A DNA stretch of 64,000 nucleotides. Origin: Bordetella sp. (GTDB lineage Bacteria > Pseudomonadota > Alphaproteobacteria > Caulobacterales > Caulobacteraceae). Below the pieces are notes generated by a model. The model saw only the letters and a program-made list of their open reading frames with translations, was not told where the DNA came from and ran no database searches. Shown here one piece after another: positions 1-10,764 of the stretch. The stretch is from assembly GCA_017308115.1 (NCBI GenBank), contig JAFKFS010000016.1, positions 37 through 64,036 of the forward strand. Reading direction: 5' to 3'. Each line of letters starts with the position of its first letter. The stretch's first letter is position 1. The position numbers and the translations under genes are program-made.

Positions 1-1043
1 TCGCCGAGGATCAGCCCCATGAACTCGCTCATGACGTTGCGGTGGAACCACGGCGGGCGGAAGGTGTCCTCGGCCACCATCCAGCGCGGCGGGAAGATGA
101 CGAAGTCGCAGTTGGCCGTCCCCGGCGTGTCCGACGGACTGGTCAGGACGGTGAAGATCGACGGATCGGGGTGGTCGAAGCTGACCGTGCCGATGGTGTT
201 GAACCGCGCCGTGTCATAGCGATAGGGGGCGTAGTTGCCGTGCCAGGCGACCACGTCCAGCGGACTGTGGTCGAAGGTGGTGGCCCACAGCTTGCCGCCG
301 TATTTCTGAACGCACTGGGTCGGACGATCCACGTCCTCATACCAGGCGACGGGCGTCTCGAAATCGCGCGGATTGGCCAGGCCGTTGGCGCCGATCGGCC
401 CCAGGTCCGGCAGGCGGAAGGGCGCGCCGTAGTTCTCGCAGACATAGCCCCTGACCTCGCCGTCCACCTCGACGCGGAAGCGCACGCCGCGCGGGATGAC
501 GACCACATGGCCCGGCGCCGCCTCGATCACGCCCATCTCGGTGACGAAGCGCTGCGTCCCCTGCTGCGGCACGATCAGCAGCTCGCCGTCGGCGTCGTAG
601 AAGACGCGATCGACCATGGAGCGGTTGGCGACATAGAGGTGGACGCCCACCCCCGTCCCGGAATCGGCGTCGCCGTTGCCGCCGTAGGTGGTCAGCCCCT
701 CGACCCAGTCGGTCGGCTGGTCCGGCATGGGCAGGGGATCCCAGCGCATGCGGTTGGGATTGGGCGGGGTCTCGGCGAAGGGGCCCGAGCGCACCCGGCC
801 CTGCGCGAACGGCCGATAGGGCCCGTGCTGGGCCGAGGGCCGCAGGCGATAGAGCCAGCTGCGCAGGTTGTGGGCGCGCGGGGCGGTGAAGGCCGCGCCC
901 GACAGCTGTTCGGCGTAGAGGCCCAGCGCCGGACGCTGCGGCGAGTTGCGCCCCACCGGCAGGGCGCCCGGCGCCGCCTCGGTGGCGAAGTGGTTGGCGA
1001 AGCCGCTCTGATAGGCGGGCGCTTTGGATCGAGCAGACGACAT
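1..1043 (-). CDS. hmgA: Homogentisate 1,2-dioxygenase (partial; runs off the left edge)
   Basis: Manual translation from ATG 1043: [72 protein letters not shown]; absent from the ORF track because there is no stop in the window; directly downstream of hppD. Confidence 0.96.
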   Translation of the reverse strand, partial: MSSARSKAPAYQSGFANHFATEAAPGALPVGRNSPQRPALGLYAEQLSGAAFTAPRAHNLRSWLYRLRPSAQHGPYRPFAQGRVRSGPFAETPPNPNRMRWDPLPMPDQPTDWVEGLTTYGGNGDADSGTGVGVHLYVANRSMVDRVFYDADGELLIVPQQGTQRFVTEMGVIEAAPGHVVVIPRGVRFRVEVDGEVRGYVCENYGAPFRLPDLGPIGANGLANPRDFETPVAWYEDVDRPTQCVQKYGGKLWATTFDHSPLDVVAWHGNYAPYRYDTARFNTIGTVSFDHPDPSIFTVLTSPSDTPGTANCDFVIFPPRWMVAEDTFRPPWFHRNVMSEFMGLILG

Positions 1044-1126
1044 GGCGAGGTCCTGCGAGAGAAGCTGAGGATTTGGAGAGCGTGGTCGGGGACGAGATAG
1101 GCAGGACCCGTCCCCGACCGCCGACA

Positions 1127-2197
1127 TCAGGCGTCGACCGTGATGACGCCGCGACGGATCTGGTCCAGCTCGATGGACTCGAACAGGGCCTGGAAGTTGC
1201 CGTTGCCGAAGCCTTCGTTGCCCTTGCGCTGGATGATCTCGAAGAAGATCGGACCGAACAGGTTGTCGGTGAAGATCTGCAGCAGCAGGCCTTCCTCGCC
1301 CACGGCGCCGTCGATCAGGATGCGGTTCTTCTTCAGCCGCTCCAGGTCCTCGTCGTGGCCGGGCACGCGCTTGTCGACCAACTCGTAATAGGTCTCGATG
1401 GTGTCCTGCAGCTTGACGCCCCGGGCGCGCAGCTTCTCGACCGTCTCGTAGATGTTGTCGGTCGTCATCGCCAGGTGCTGGATGCCCTCGCCGTTGTACT
1501 GGCGGATGAACTCCTCGATCTGGGACTTGTCGTCCTGGCTCTCGTTCAGCGGGATGCGGATCGCCTTGTCAGGGGCGATCATGGCCTGGGAGAAGAGGCC
1601 CGTGGCCTGACCCTTGATGTCGAAATACTTCTGCTCCTCGAAGCCGAAGATCTGGTTGTAGAAGCTGGACCATGTGCGCATCTCGCCGCGCCGCACGTTG
1701 TGGGTCAGGTGGTCCAGCAGATCCAGGCCGACGCTGTTGGCCGCCTCGGCCTCGCGCCAGCCGGGAATGGCGTTCCAGTCGTCATAGAGCGAGCCCTTCG
1801 CCCCGTGCCGGTCCACCAGGTAAAGATAGGAGCCGCCGATCCCCTGCAGCACCTTGGCTTCCGCGCCCAGGGCGCCCACCGAGGCGTCCGCCGCCTTGGC
1901 GCCGCGCGACAGGGCCAGCTCATAGGCCTGGGCGGCGTCGGCGACGCGGAAGGCCATGCCGCTGGCCGAGGGGCCGTGGGCGGCGCGGAAATCGGCGGCC
2001 TGGCCGGTCGGCTCGCTGTTGACCAGCAGATTGGTGCGGCCCTGCTTGTAGCGCACGATGTCCTTGGTCGGGTGGGTGTGGGTGGCGACGAAGCCCAGCT
2101 GCTCGATCAGGGCCTTCATCGCCGCCGGATCGGGACTGGTGAACTCGACGAACTCGAAGCCGTCGAGGCCGATGGGGTTTTCAGGGGTGATGGACAT
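1127..2197 (-). CDS. hppD: 4-hydroxyphenylpyruvate dioxygenase
   Basis: [53 protein letters not shown] motifs; start set at MSITPENP. Confidence 0.97.
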   Translation of the reverse strand: MSITPENPIGLDGFEFVEFTSPDPAAMKALIEQLGFVATHTHPTKDIVRYKQGRTNLLVNSEPTGQAADFRAAHGPSASGMAFRVADAAQAYELALSRGAKAADASVGALGAEAKVLQGIGGSYLYLVDRHGAKGSLYDDWNAIPGWREAEAANSVGLDLLDHLTHNVRRGEMRTWSSFYNQIFGFEEQKYFDIKGQATGLFSQAMIAPDKAIRIPLNESQDDKSQIEEFIRQYNGEGIQHLAMTTDNIYETVEKLRARGVKLQDTIETYYELVDKRVPGHDEDLERLKKNRILIDGAVGEEGLLLQIFTDNLFGPIFFEIIQRKGNEGFGNGNFQALFESIELDQIRRGVITVDA

Positions 2198-2225
2198 CGG
2201 AAGCTCTGCTCTCAAATGGAAAGGG

Positions 2226-2414
2226 TCATTGGGACAGGACGGCGTCGAACGCCGGGATGAAACGCGGCCGGACGCGCGACGGCGCCGCGTCGGTCGGGCC
2301 TTTGTTGAGCGGGCGGCGCAAAGCGGGCGGCTCAGGCGTGGAAGCGCACCAGGTCCGCAGGGCAGGCCTGTCCGAGACGGCGTGCGGAGACGGAGTCGTT
2401 GTCTGTGCGGTCAT
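2226..2414 (-). CDS. Small hypothetical ORF (62 aa) upstream of hppD
   Basis: ATG 2414 preceded by GAAGGGAG; same strand as hppD, stop 28 nt before the hppD start; no recognisable motif. Confidence 0.35.
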   Translation of the reverse strand: MTAQTTTPSPHAVSDRPALRTWCASTPEPPALRRPLNKGPTDAAPSRVRPRFIPAFDAVLSQ

Positions 2415-2530
2415 GGCGAAGCTCCCTTCCGCCTCAGCCGCCAGACTGCCCGTCATGCCGTGCGATTTCCTTTCAAAATTTTGCGTCAGGGGGCCTATGA
2501 AGAGCCAGGCGTTTCAGAAGGAGGCGGATT

Positions 2531-2998
2531 TTGAACGATATTACGCTTGATCCGGTGGATCGAAAAATACTGGCCGTGCTGCAGACGGATGCGGCCCTGA
2601 GTCATGCGGCTCTGGCCGAGAAGGTCGGGACCTCGTCCGCGTCCTGCTGGCGGCGGGTGCGGGCCCTGGAGGAAGCGGGCGTCCTCCTGGCCGCCGTCCG
2701 CCTCGTGGACCCCGAGAAGGTCGGGCGTAGCGTCAATGTCATGTGCCAGTTGCGCATGCGTTCCCATGCGCCGGACGACCGCCAGGCCTTCGAGAGTTTC
2801 CTGCAGACCAAGCCGGAGGTGATGGAGGCTCACTCCATGTCCGGAGAGTGGGACTATCTGTTGCGGATCGTGGTCGCCGACGTCGCCGGCTATGAGCGCT
2901 TTCTCATGCGCGAGCTGCTGAACCATCCCAACGTCGCCACGGCGGCGTCCCACTTCGCGCTCAGTCAGGTGAAGTATTCGACGGTCCTGCCTATCTGA
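2531..2998 (+). CDS. Lrp/AsnC family transcriptional regulator, probable regulator of hppD-hmgA
   Basis: LDPVDRKILAVLQ N-terminal HTH, SGEWDYLLRIVV; divergent from hppD. Confidence 0.93.
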   Translation: MNDITLDPVDRKILAVLQTDAALSHAALAEKVGTSSASCWRRVRALEEAGVLLAAVRLVDPEKVGRSVNVMCQLRMRSHAPDDRQAFESFLQTKPEVMEAHSMSGEWDYLLRIVVADVAGYERFLMRELLNHPNVATAASHFALSQVKYSTVLPI

Positions 2999-3049
2999 GG
3001 TTCGGGCTGGCGCTTGGCTTTGATGCGCGGGGCGTGATTTAACAGGGGC

Positions 3050-3598
3050 ATGCGCCAGATGTCCTTGCCCGCCGTCGCCGTCTCCCTGCTGCTGGTCGGC
3101 TGTAACGCCGGAGCCTCCGCGCGCGAGGGGGTGGATCAGGTCGGCGCGGGTCTGGGCGACGCGGTCGCCGCCCCGCTGGAGGATCTGAATCTCCGGCGTC
3201 AGGAGATTCCGACGGTTCTTCTGCAGGCGGAATCCAATCCCTATGACCTGCGCAACATGACGCGATGTTCGGTGATCGCCGCTGAAATTCGCCGCCTGGA
3301 CGAGGCCTTGGGGCCGGATACGGACGCCGCGCCGACGGACGACGGCACGCTGATGAGCGAGCGGGCCGCCGACGCCGCCGCCGGGGCCACGCTGGACGCC
3401 GTGCGGGGCACGGTGACCGACTTCATTCCGGCACGCAGTTGGGTGCGTCGCCTGACCGGCGCCGACGCGCACAGCAAGCGTGTCCAATCGGCGATTCAGG
3501 CGGGCTTGCGCCGTCGCTCATTCCTGAAGGGCGTGGGCATGCAGCGCAACTGCGCTCCGCCGGCGGCTCCGGCCGGTTTCACGCCCCGCCGACGCTAG
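3050..3598 (+). CDS. Hypothetical lipoprotein
   Basis: Signal peptide ending LLVGC (lipobox); high-GC3 codon usage. Confidence 0.75.
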   Translation: MRQMSLPAVAVSLLLVGCNAGASAREGVDQVGAGLGDAVAAPLEDLNLRRQEIPTVLLQAESNPYDLRNMTRCSVIAAEIRRLDEALGPDTDAAPTDDGTLMSERAADAAAGATLDAVRGTVTDFIPARSWVRRLTGADAHSKRVQSAIQAGLRRRSFLKGVGMQRNCAPPAAPAGFTPRRR

Positions 3599-4707
3599 GT
3601 CTTCAGGTGCCGGGCGCGGAAGTCGCGTCGGAACGTCTCGAACCGGCCCTCGGCGATGGCCGCGCGCATGGCCGCCGTCAGCGCCTGGAAGAAGGCGATG
3701 TTGTGCCAGCTCAGCAGCATCTTGCCGAGAATCTCGTCGGCGCGGATCAGATGATGCAGATAAGCCTTTGAATAGGCGTTGGAGGCCGGGCAGGGCACGC
3801 CCATGTCCAGCGGGTCCTGATCCTCGGCGAAGCGGGCGTTCTTGATGTTGATCGGCCCGTCCCAGGTCCAGGCCTGGCCGTGGCGCCCGGCGCGGGTCGG
3901 CAGGACGCAGTCGAACATGTCCACGCCGCGATACACCGCCTCGACCAGGTCGATCGGCTTGCCCACCCCCATCAGATAGCGGGGCCGGTCCCGGGGCAGG
4001 AACTCGGGCGCATAGTCCAGCACCTCGCACATGGCCTCATGGCCTTCGCCGACCGCCAGGCCGCCGATGGCGTAGCCGTCGAAGCCGATCTCCTGCAGCC
4101 GTTCCGAGGATTCGCGGCGCAGGGTCTCATAGGTCGAGCCCTGCTGGATGCCGAACAGGGCCTGCGCCTCCCGCGTTCCGAAAGCGTTCTTCGACCGCTG
4201 CGCCCAGCGGGCCGACAGCTCCATGCCCTCGCGGGCGCGCCTTTCCTCGGCGGGCCAGGCGACGCATTCGTCCAGTTGCATGACGATGTCGGAACCCAGC
4301 CGGTCGGCCTGGATCTGGATCGAGCGTTCGGGCGTCAGCACGTGCTTGGACCCGTCGATGTGGCTGGAGAAGGTGACGGCCTCCTCGGTCAGCTTGGAGA
4401 TTCCCGACAGGCTCATGACCTGGAAGCCGCCGGAGTCGGTCAGGATCGGCTTGTCCCAGCGCATGAACTCGTGCAGGCCGCCCAGCCGCTCCATCCGCTC
4501 CGGCCCCGGTCGCAGCATCAGGTGGTAGGTGTTGCCCAGGATGATGTCCGCGCCGGTCTGCTTGACCTGATCCACGGTCATGGCCTTGACCGTGGCGGCG
4601 GTGCCGACGGGCATGAAGGCCGGGGTTCGGATGTCGCCGCGCGGGGTCTTGAGCACGCCCGTGCGGGCGCGGCCTTCAGTGGCGGAAATTTCAAACGGGA
4701 AGGGCAA
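3595..4707 (-). CDS. tgt: Queuine tRNA-ribosyltransferase (tRNA-guanine transglycosylase)
   Basis: [57 protein letters not shown]; TTG start at 4707 with GGAG 6 nt upstream. Confidence 0.97.
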   Translation of the reverse strand: MPFPFEISATEGRARTGVLKTPRGDIRTPAFMPVGTAATVKAMTVDQVKQTGADIILGNTYHLMLRPGPERMERLGGLHEFMRWDKPILTDSGGFQVMSLSGISKLTEEAVTFSSHIDGSKHVLTPERSIQIQADRLGSDIVMQLDECVAWPAEERRAREGMELSARWAQRSKNAFGTREAQALFGIQQGSTYETLRRESSERLQEIGFDGYAIGGLAVGEGHEAMCEVLDYAPEFLPRDRPRYLMGVGKPIDLVEAVYRGVDMFDCVLPTRAGRHGQAWTWDGPINIKNARFAEDQDPLDMGVPCPASNAYSKAYLHHLIRADEILGKMLLSWHNIAFFQALTAAMRAAIAEGRFETFRRDFRARHLKT

Positions 4708-4730
4708 GAAAAACTCCGGGGAGAGGCAGG

Positions 4731-5198
4731 CTAGAGCAGGCTTTCCAGCATTTCGGCCCGCTGCAGGTCCTTGGGACGGCCGAACAGGCGGCAGGTCTCG
4801 ATCTGCTCGGCGATCGAGGGGGTGAAGACGGTGAAGTCCTCCAGGGCGATCGGCACGCGGGTCGAGAAGGCGACGGGAACCCAGTCGCCGCCCGCGCGCA
4901 CGTCCATCCCCGCCATGACGTCCAGCGGAACCGGCGTGGTCAGGATCTGGCCGAAGACCTGCGACCGGAACAGGCCCTCGCCGGGGTCTTCGACCACCTG
5001 GCCGTGCAGGCCCTCGATCAGGCGACGGGCGTCGCGCGGGCTGCACATGACGTCGATGTCGGGCGCGCGCCAGTCGCGCAGGCCCCACAGCACCATGGCC
5101 GCCCCGCCGAACACCCACCACGGGTCCTGAAGCTCGCGCGCCGCCGAGACGAGGATGTCCACAGAGGCGGTGAAGTCTTCGGGCAGGTCGTCGGTCAT
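4731..5198 (-). CDS. Nucleotidyltransferase-fold hypothetical protein (155 aa)
   Basis: [12 protein letters not shown]...PDIDV resembles the Pol-beta-like NTase GG/DxD signature; C-terminal GRPKD; ATG overlaps the queA stop (ATGA). Confidence 0.7.
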   Translation of the reverse strand: MTDDLPEDFTASVDILVSAARELQDPWWVFGGAAMVLWGLRDWRAPDIDVMCSPRDARRLIEGLHGQVVEDPGEGLFRSQVFGQILTTPVPLDVMAGMDVRAGGDWVPVAFSTRVPIALEDFTVFTPSIAEQIETCRLFGRPKDLQRAEMLESLL

Positions 5199-6286
5199 GC
5201 GTCCTTCCTGAACAGCAGGCTTCCGTCGCCATAGGAATAGAAGCGATAGCCGTTGTCGATGGCGTGGGCGTAGGCGGCCCTCATCGTCTCCATCCCGGCG
5301 AAGGCGCTGACCAGCATGAACAGCGTGGACTTCGGCAGGTGGAAGTTGGTCATCAGCACGTCGCAGGCGCGGAAGCGATAGCCCGGCGTGATGAAGATGG
5401 CCGTGTCGCCGTGGAAGGGCCGGATCAGGCCGTCCTCGTCGGCGGCGCTCTCCAGCAGGCGAAGCGAGGTGGTGCCGACGCAGACGATGCGTCCGCCCGA
5501 CGCGCGCACGGCGTTCAGGGCGGCGGCGGTCTCGGCCGAGACCTCGCCCCACTCGGCGTGCATCCTGTGGTCGACGACATCGTCCGCCTTGACCGGCAGG
5601 AAGGTGCCCGCCCCGACATGCAGGGTCACGGCGTGGGTCGTCACGCCGCGCGCCCGGACGGCGTCCAGCAGGGCGGGGGTGAAGTGCAGGCCCGCCGTCG
5701 GCGCGGCGACCGAACCGTCATGCTCGGCGAAGACGGTCTGATAGTCGGATCGGTCCTGGTCGTCCTCGGCCCGCTTGGCCGCGATATAGGGGGGCAGGGG
5801 CATGACCCCGACCTCGCGGATGGCGTCGTCCAGCGCCGGGCCCGTCAGATCGAAGCGCAGGGTGACGAGGCCGTCCTCGCCCTTGGCTGTAATTTCAGCG
5901 TCGACCTGCCCCAGGAAGCAGGCGTTGTCTTCCTCGCGCCCGAAGCGCACCCGGTCGCCGACCTTCAGCCGCTTGCCCGGCTTCATGAAGGCGCTCCAGA
6001 CGTGGGGCGCGTCGCGGTGGTGCAGGGTCGCCTCGACCGGGACCGACAGAAGCTCGCCTTCCGGCCCGGTGCGGTGACGCACGCCCGACAGGCGGGCGGG
6101 GATCACCCGCGTGTCGTTGAAGACCAGGGCGTCGCCGGGCTGGAGGAAGTCCGGCAACTCGCGGACGGTCCGGTCCTGCAGGTCCCCTTCCTTCACGACC
6201 AGCAGGCGCGCCGAGTCGCGCGGATCGGCGGGACGCAGGGCGATGCACGCCTCGGGCAGGTCGAAGTCGAAATCGGATGTCCGCAT
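5195..6286 (-). CDS. queA: S-adenosylmethionine:tRNA ribosyltransferase-isomerase
   Basis: [71 protein letters not shown]. Confidence 0.97.
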   Translation of the reverse strand: MRTSDFDFDLPEACIALRPADPRDSARLLVVKEGDLQDRTVRELPDFLQPGDALVFNDTRVIPARLSGVRHRTGPEGELLSVPVEATLHHRDAPHVWSAFMKPGKRLKVGDRVRFGREEDNACFLGQVDAEITAKGEDGLVTLRFDLTGPALDDAIREVGVMPLPPYIAAKRAEDDQDRSDYQTVFAEHDGSVAAPTAGLHFTPALLDAVRARGVTTHAVTLHVGAGTFLPVKADDVVDHRMHAEWGEVSAETAAALNAVRASGGRIVCVGTTSLRLLESAADEDGLIRPFHGDTAIFITPGYRFRACDVLMTNFHLPKSTLFMLVSAFAGMETMRAAYAHAIDNGYRFYSYGDGSLLFRKDA

Positions 6287-6398
6287 CGCGCGGGAATGCT
6301 CACGGCCCGCCTTTGCGGTCAAGCGAAGCCCGAGGAAAGTCGACTGGCGAAAACCGTTCCAGCCGCTATGTCAGACGCGGCTAACGGAGTTTGAGCGC

Positions 6399-6857
6399 AT
6401 GACCGACCGCTATCTGGACGACCTGACCGTGGGTGAAAGCTGGACCAGCGAACCCTTCGTCCTCACCGAAGAGGAGATCGTCGCCTTCGCGACCGAGTTC
6501 GATCCCCAGCCGATGCACATCGACAAGGCGGCGGCCGAGGCGGGGCGGTTCGGCGGCCTGATCGCCAGCGGCTGGCACGTCTGCTCGCGCGTCATGCGCC
6601 AGTTCGTGGACGAGGCCCATTTCGGCAGGACGCCGCTGCTGGGCATGAACGTCGACGCCCTGTGGTGGGTGCGGCCGGTGCGCCCCGGCGACATCCTGAC
6701 CGTCCGCCGTGAAATCCTGGACATCCGCCCGTCCAAGAGCCAGCCCGATCGCGGCGTCATCCGCACCAAGACCACCGTCACCAATCAGGACGGCGACCTG
6801 GCGATGAGCTTCGAGAACCAGATGCAGTTGCCGAGGAACGCCGAAGCGCGGCTGTAG
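6399..6857 (+). CDS. MaoC family dehydratase
   Basis: [34 protein letters not shown] hot-dog fold motifs. Confidence 0.9.
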   Translation: MTDRYLDDLTVGESWTSEPFVLTEEEIVAFATEFDPQPMHIDKAAAEAGRFGGLIASGWHVCSRVMRQFVDEAHFGRTPLLGMNVDALWWVRPVRPGDILTVRREILDIRPSKSQPDRGVIRTKTTVTNQDGDLAMSFENQMQLPRNAEARL

Positions 6858-6906
6858 AACGCCGCCGCTGTTGACCCGGCGCCTTCAAGGCGTCAAAGCC
6901 CGGTGC

Positions 6907-8580
6907 ATGCTTCAGAACCTTGAAACCCTGTCCCGTGAGGCCCGTTCGTGGCCGTTTGAGCAAGCGCGCAACCTGCTGGCCCACGTGCTCAAGAAACGGC
7001 TGTCGGACGCGGAGCGCGACGCGGCGAAACTGCTGATCGACGCGGGCAAGGCGGACGAGGCTCTGGCGACCTTCGAGGCGCTGAACAAGCCGGTGATCCT
7101 GGAGACGGGCTATGGCCCGTCGGGCCTGCCGCACATGGGCACCTTCGGCGAGGTGGCGCGCACGACCATGGTGCGCAACGCCTTTCGCGCCCTGACCGGC
7201 GATCACTGGGCCACGCGCCTGATCGCCTTCAGCGACGACATGGACGGTCTGCGCAAGGTGCCGGAGGGCATCCCCAATCCGGAGATGCTGCGCGAGGACC
7301 TGCATCTGCCGCTGACCAGGGTGCGCGACCCGTTCGGCACGCACGACAGCTTCGGCGCGCACAACAACGCCCGCCTGCGCGCCTTCCTCGACAGCTTCGG
7401 CTTCGACTATGAGTTCATGTCCTCGACCGAGACCTATCGGTCGGGTCGGTTCGACGCGGCCCTGCTGACCCTGCTGGAGCGCTTCGACAAGGTCATGGCC
7501 ATCATGCTGCCGACCCTGGGCGAGGAGCGCCGCGCGACCTATTCGCCCTTCCTGCCGATCAGCCCGATCACCGGCCATGTGCTGCAGGTCCCGACGCTGG
7601 AGCGCAACGTCGAGCGCGGGACCATCGTCTTCGACGACCCTGCGGGCGGCCGCACCGAGGTCCCTGTCACCGGCGGCCATGTGAAGCTGCAGTGGAAGCC
7701 CGACTGGGCCATGCGCTGGACGGCGCTGGACGTCGATTATGAGATGTCGGGCAAGGATCTGATCGAGAGCGTGCGCGAGTCGTCCAAGCTGTGCCGCGCC
7801 ATCGGCGGCGTCCCGCCCGAAGGGTTCAACTACGAGCTCTTCCTCGACATCGAGGGCAAGAAAATCTCCAAGTCCAAGGGCAACGGCCTGACCATGGAGG
7901 AGTGGCTGCGCTACGGCACGCCCGAGAGCCTGTCCTGGTACATGTTCCAGTCGCCGAAGTCGGCCAAGAGCCTGCACTTCAACGTCATTCCGCGCGCGAC
8001 GGACGACTATCTGTCCTTCATCGAGCAGTACAAGGCACAGGAACCGGCCAAGCGGATGGACAACGCCGTGTGGCACATCCACTCGGGCCGGCCGCCGCAA
8101 AGCGCCTCGCCCGTGTCCTTCGCCCTGCTGCTGAATCTGGTCGGCGTGGCCAACGCCTCGACCAAGGACCAGCTGTGGGCCTATTTCGCCAAATACCTGC
8201 CGGACGCCACGCCGACGAGCGAGCCTGTGCTGGACCGGCTGATGGGCTATGCGCTGAACTATTACGAGGACTTCGTGAAGCCCTCGAAGACCTATCGCCT
8301 GCCCGACGACCGGGAAAAGGCGGCGCTGCGGGACCTGGCGACGCGCCTGAAGGCCCTGCCGGCCGACACGACCGACGGTGAAGTCATCCAGTCCGAGGTC
8401 TATGCGGTGGGCAAGGAACACGCCTTCGAGCCGCTGCGGGGCTGGTTCCAGGCGCTGTATGAAGTGCTGCTGGGCGCCTCCCAGGGGCCGCGCTTCGGGT
8501 CGTTCGCGGCCATCTACGGCCTGCCTCAGACGATCGAACTGATCGAAAAGGGCGCCGCCGGCGACCTCGTCCAGGGGTAG
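6907..8580 (+). CDS. lysS: Class I lysyl-tRNA synthetase
   Basis: [15 protein letters not shown] (HIGH-like), [20 protein letters not shown] (KMSKS-like), QGPRFG. Confidence 0.96.
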   Translation: MLQNLETLSREARSWPFEQARNLLAHVLKKRLSDAERDAAKLLIDAGKADEALATFEALNKPVILETGYGPSGLPHMGTFGEVARTTMVRNAFRALTGDHWATRLIAFSDDMDGLRKVPEGIPNPEMLREDLHLPLTRVRDPFGTHDSFGAHNNARLRAFLDSFGFDYEFMSSTETYRSGRFDAALLTLLERFDKVMAIMLPTLGEERRATYSPFLPISPITGHVLQVPTLERNVERGTIVFDDPAGGRTEVPVTGGHVKLQWKPDWAMRWTALDVDYEMSGKDLIESVRESSKLCRAIGGVPPEGFNYELFLDIEGKKISKSKGNGLTMEEWLRYGTPESLSWYMFQSPKSAKSLHFNVIPRATDDYLSFIEQYKAQEPAKRMDNAVWHIHSGRPPQSASPVSFALLLNLVGVANASTKDQLWAYFAKYLPDATPTSEPVLDRLMGYALNYYEDFVKPSKTYRLPDDREKAALRDLATRLKALPADTTDGEVIQSEVYAVGKEHAFEPLRGWFQALYEVLLGASQGPRFGSFAAIYGLPQTIELIEKGAAGDLVQG

Positions 8581-8649
8581 GGCGACGGGTTCGGGCCGCT
8601 GACCACCTCGGCGGCCCGTCTTCGTCGCTGGGCCAAGTTGTTGGGCCGA

Positions 8650-8769
8650 TCAGGCCACCAGGAGGGCCCCGGCCAGGGATGCGGCCGCCAGCATCAGGAG
8701 CAGACTTTCAAACGGGGACGGCAGCCAGATTGACCGTCGATGACGTCGGGCGCGGGGGCTGGGGACCAT
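8650..8769 (-). CDS. Possible 39-aa membrane micro-protein
   Basis: MVPSPRARRHRRSIWLPSPFESLLLMLAAASLAGALLVA: basic N-terminus plus hydrophobic C-terminal helix; high-GC3 codons in the 3' half. Confidence 0.35.
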   Translation of the reverse strand: MVPSPRARRHRRSIWLPSPFESLLLMLAAASLAGALLVA

Positions 8770-8897
8770 GATTTTCGCTCGCATTCCAGAATGACCTGCA
8801 GGGCGAGTTCGGCGGAGCCGGAAATCGGCAGCGGCTGCCCGTAAAGGCTGCGCCACAGCACATCCAGCGCCACGTCTGCTTTTCCAAGAGCGCCCAT
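8694..8897 (-). CDS. Small hypothetical protein (67 aa)
   Basis: MGALGKADVALDVLWRSLYGQPLPISGSAELALQVILECERK reads as an ordered protein; overlaps the next small ORF. Confidence 0.4.
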   Translation of the reverse strand: MGALGKADVALDVLWRSLYGQPLPISGSAELALQVILECERKSWSPAPAPDVIDGQSGCRPRLKVCS

Positions 8898-9098
8898 GGC
8901 GACATAGCGCACCACAAAGCGGCTTCTGCCCATCCCCCGGATGGGGGAGGAAATGAACAATATCTGTTTTTGGACGCCTCGCGGAGGCCGTGGACGCGCC
9001 AGCGAAGATGAACGGCGCATGACCGCCGCGCCGGGGGGAGCCTTCAGCCGGCGTCAGGCATTCTCGTTTCATCGACAACTCGATGACAGGAGAGATTC

Positions 9099-9578
9099 AT
9101 GTCGAAGACCTTCAAGGCGGGTCTGACCGCCGCCGCCCTTTTCGCCGCCCTGGGCGCCTCCGCCGTTCCCATGACCGCCAGCGCCCTGCCTCAGGCTAAT
9201 GGAATCACCAACTGCGACGCTCCGGGCGGGCGTCAGCAGGCCGGGGCCGCCATCGGCGCCGTCCTGGGCGGTCTGGCGGGCAGCCAGGTGTCCAAGAACG
9301 AGCGCGCCCTGGGCGCCGTCGTCGGCGCGGGCGCGGGCGCCGCCGCAGGGTCCTATATCGGCTGCAACCAGCAACGCACCCGCGCTGCGTCTGAGGCGAA
9401 CGCCAACATGTACCGCGCCACCTCGAATCTTCGCATCCGCACGGGGCCGGGGACCCAGTATCGCCAGACCGGCAGCCTGTCGGCGGGCCAGCCCTTCACC
9501 GCCGTGGGGTCGCAGGGCGAATGGGTGCAGATCGCCGGCGGCGGCTGGGTCAACGCCCGCCACGTCGCGCCGAACTGA
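9099..9578 (+). CDS. Exported glycine-zipper + SH3-like domain protein
   Basis: Signal peptide, GAAIGAVLGGLAG...GAVVGAGAGAAAG zipper flanked by Cys, C-terminal NLRIRTGPGT...GEWVQI...GWV SH3b pattern; AGGAG RBS. Confidence 0.85.
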   Translation: MSKTFKAGLTAAALFAALGASAVPMTASALPQANGITNCDAPGGRQQAGAAIGAVLGGLAGSQVSKNERALGAVVGAGAGAAAGSYIGCNQQRTRAASEANANMYRATSNLRIRTGPGTQYRQTGSLSAGQPFTAVGSQGEWVQIAGGGWVNARHVAPN

Positions 9579-9631
9579 TCGACCTGATCCATTCAGTCAG
9601 GCTGGAGCCGTCCCGAAGGGGGCGGCTTCAG

Positions 9632-10267
9632 CTATTGGCTGACCCACAGGATGCGGGCCATCCACAGAACCTCGCGCCGAGGCAGCGCCCGGGGCTCGTA
9701 GTGGGGGTTGAGCGAAGCCAGCACCACTTCCTGACGGCTCAGCGCGGCGATCTCCTTGGCCAGGGTTTCGCCGTCCGTCGTGCGGACGACCACCCGATCG
9801 CCGCGTCGGACCTCCGTGGCGTCAAGATCGACGATCACACGGTCGCCGGGGCGATAGACCGGCTCCATGGAGTCGCCGTCGATGGTCAGGCTGAACAGGC
9901 TTTCCTTGTGGGTCGGCAGTTCGGTCTGATCCCATCCCTCGGCCATGGGCAGCCCCGCGTCGTCGAAGAAGCCCTCGTCCCCCGCGCGCGCGAGGCCCAG
10001 AAGCGGAATCGCGCGAGGCGGGGTCGCCCCGTCCTCGGCGAGGGCGGCGAACGCGCCGAGACTGAGCCCGCTCGCCTCCAGCACCCGCATCAGGCTTTCC
10101 GTCGAAGGCCAGCGGGGACGGGGCGGTTGGCCGGGGCTCAGGCGTTTGGAGGGATTGAAGCTGGTCGCATCCAGTCCCGCGCGCCGCGCCAGTCCGGACG
10201 CGGAAAGACCCTCGCGCCGCGCCAGGGCGTCGATCGCTTTCCAGAGCTGGGTATGGGATAGGGGCAA
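9632..10267 (-). CDS. HTH + peptidase S24 (LexA/CI-like) transcriptional regulator
   Basis: LWKAIDALARREGLSASGLARRAGLDATSFNPSKR HTH; ARAG putative cleavage site; GDSMEP Ser and LAKE Lys dyad. Confidence 0.9.
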   Translation of the reverse strand: MPLSHTQLWKAIDALARREGLSASGLARRAGLDATSFNPSKRLSPGQPPRPRWPSTESLMRVLEASGLSLGAFAALAEDGATPPRAIPLLGLARAGDEGFFDDAGLPMAEGWDQTELPTHKESLFSLTIDGDSMEPVYRPGDRVIVDLDATEVRRGDRVVVRTTDGETLAKEIAALSRQEVVLASLNPHYEPRALPRREVLWMARILWVSQ

Positions 10268-10326
10268 GGGCGCGGGTTCCGACGGATCACCGCGCAAGCA
10301 TAGTGGGATGGTCTAGGAATATCTAC

Positions 10327-10764
10327 CTATTCCGGGTCTTCAATTCCGACCGCACGCCGCTCCTGCCAGGCGAAGAAGGCGCCCACGGCGATCGCGATCA
10401 TGATGCCGTAGGCCGTCATGTTGAGAACCGTGTAGAAGGAAGAGATTTCCGGCTTGAGTTTCATCATCACCATGACGTGGCTCGCGACGGTGAGAAGTTG
10501 AAACGCCGCCGCCCAGACGGGCCAGGTGCGGGGAGACTTCCAGACGAGGGCGATGAAGACGCCCAGAACGCCAAGGTCGATGAGAAACATCGGCCATTGG
10601 ATTTGAGCATATCCCAGATAGGTTTGAGTAAGGATCGACAGGAACCAGGCCGATAACATCGTGCCTGCGCCGATGCGTTCTGGGCGTCCGCCCTTGGCGA
10701 GGGCGAATAGTCCTATGGCGACCATCACGCCCGCGCCGATCAGCGCTGCGATAGTTTCCAGCAT
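10327..10764 (-). CDS. Hypothetical integral membrane protein (145 aa, ~5 TM, GGRPERIGA motif)
   Basis: Alternating hydrophobic helices; lower GC3 than neighbours. Confidence 0.8.
   Translation of the reverse strand: MLETIAALIGAGVMVAIGLFALAKGGRPERIGAGTMLSAWFLSILTQTYLGYAQIQWPMFLIDLGVLGVFIALVWKSPRTWPVWAAAFQLLTVASHVMVMMKLKPEISSFYTVLNMTAYGIMIAIAVGAFFAWQERRAVGIEDPE

Noticed and set aside
42-2260. Long plus-strand ORFs 42-1100 and 1073-2260
   Set aside because: Antisense shadows of hmgA and hppD; typical of high-GC codon bias, no motifs
6778-8421. 547-aa minus-strand ORF
   Set aside because: Antisense shadow of lysS
6907-8580. Class I (archaeal-type) LysRS as an unusual acquisition
   Set aside because: Class I LysRS is normal for many Alphaproteobacteria
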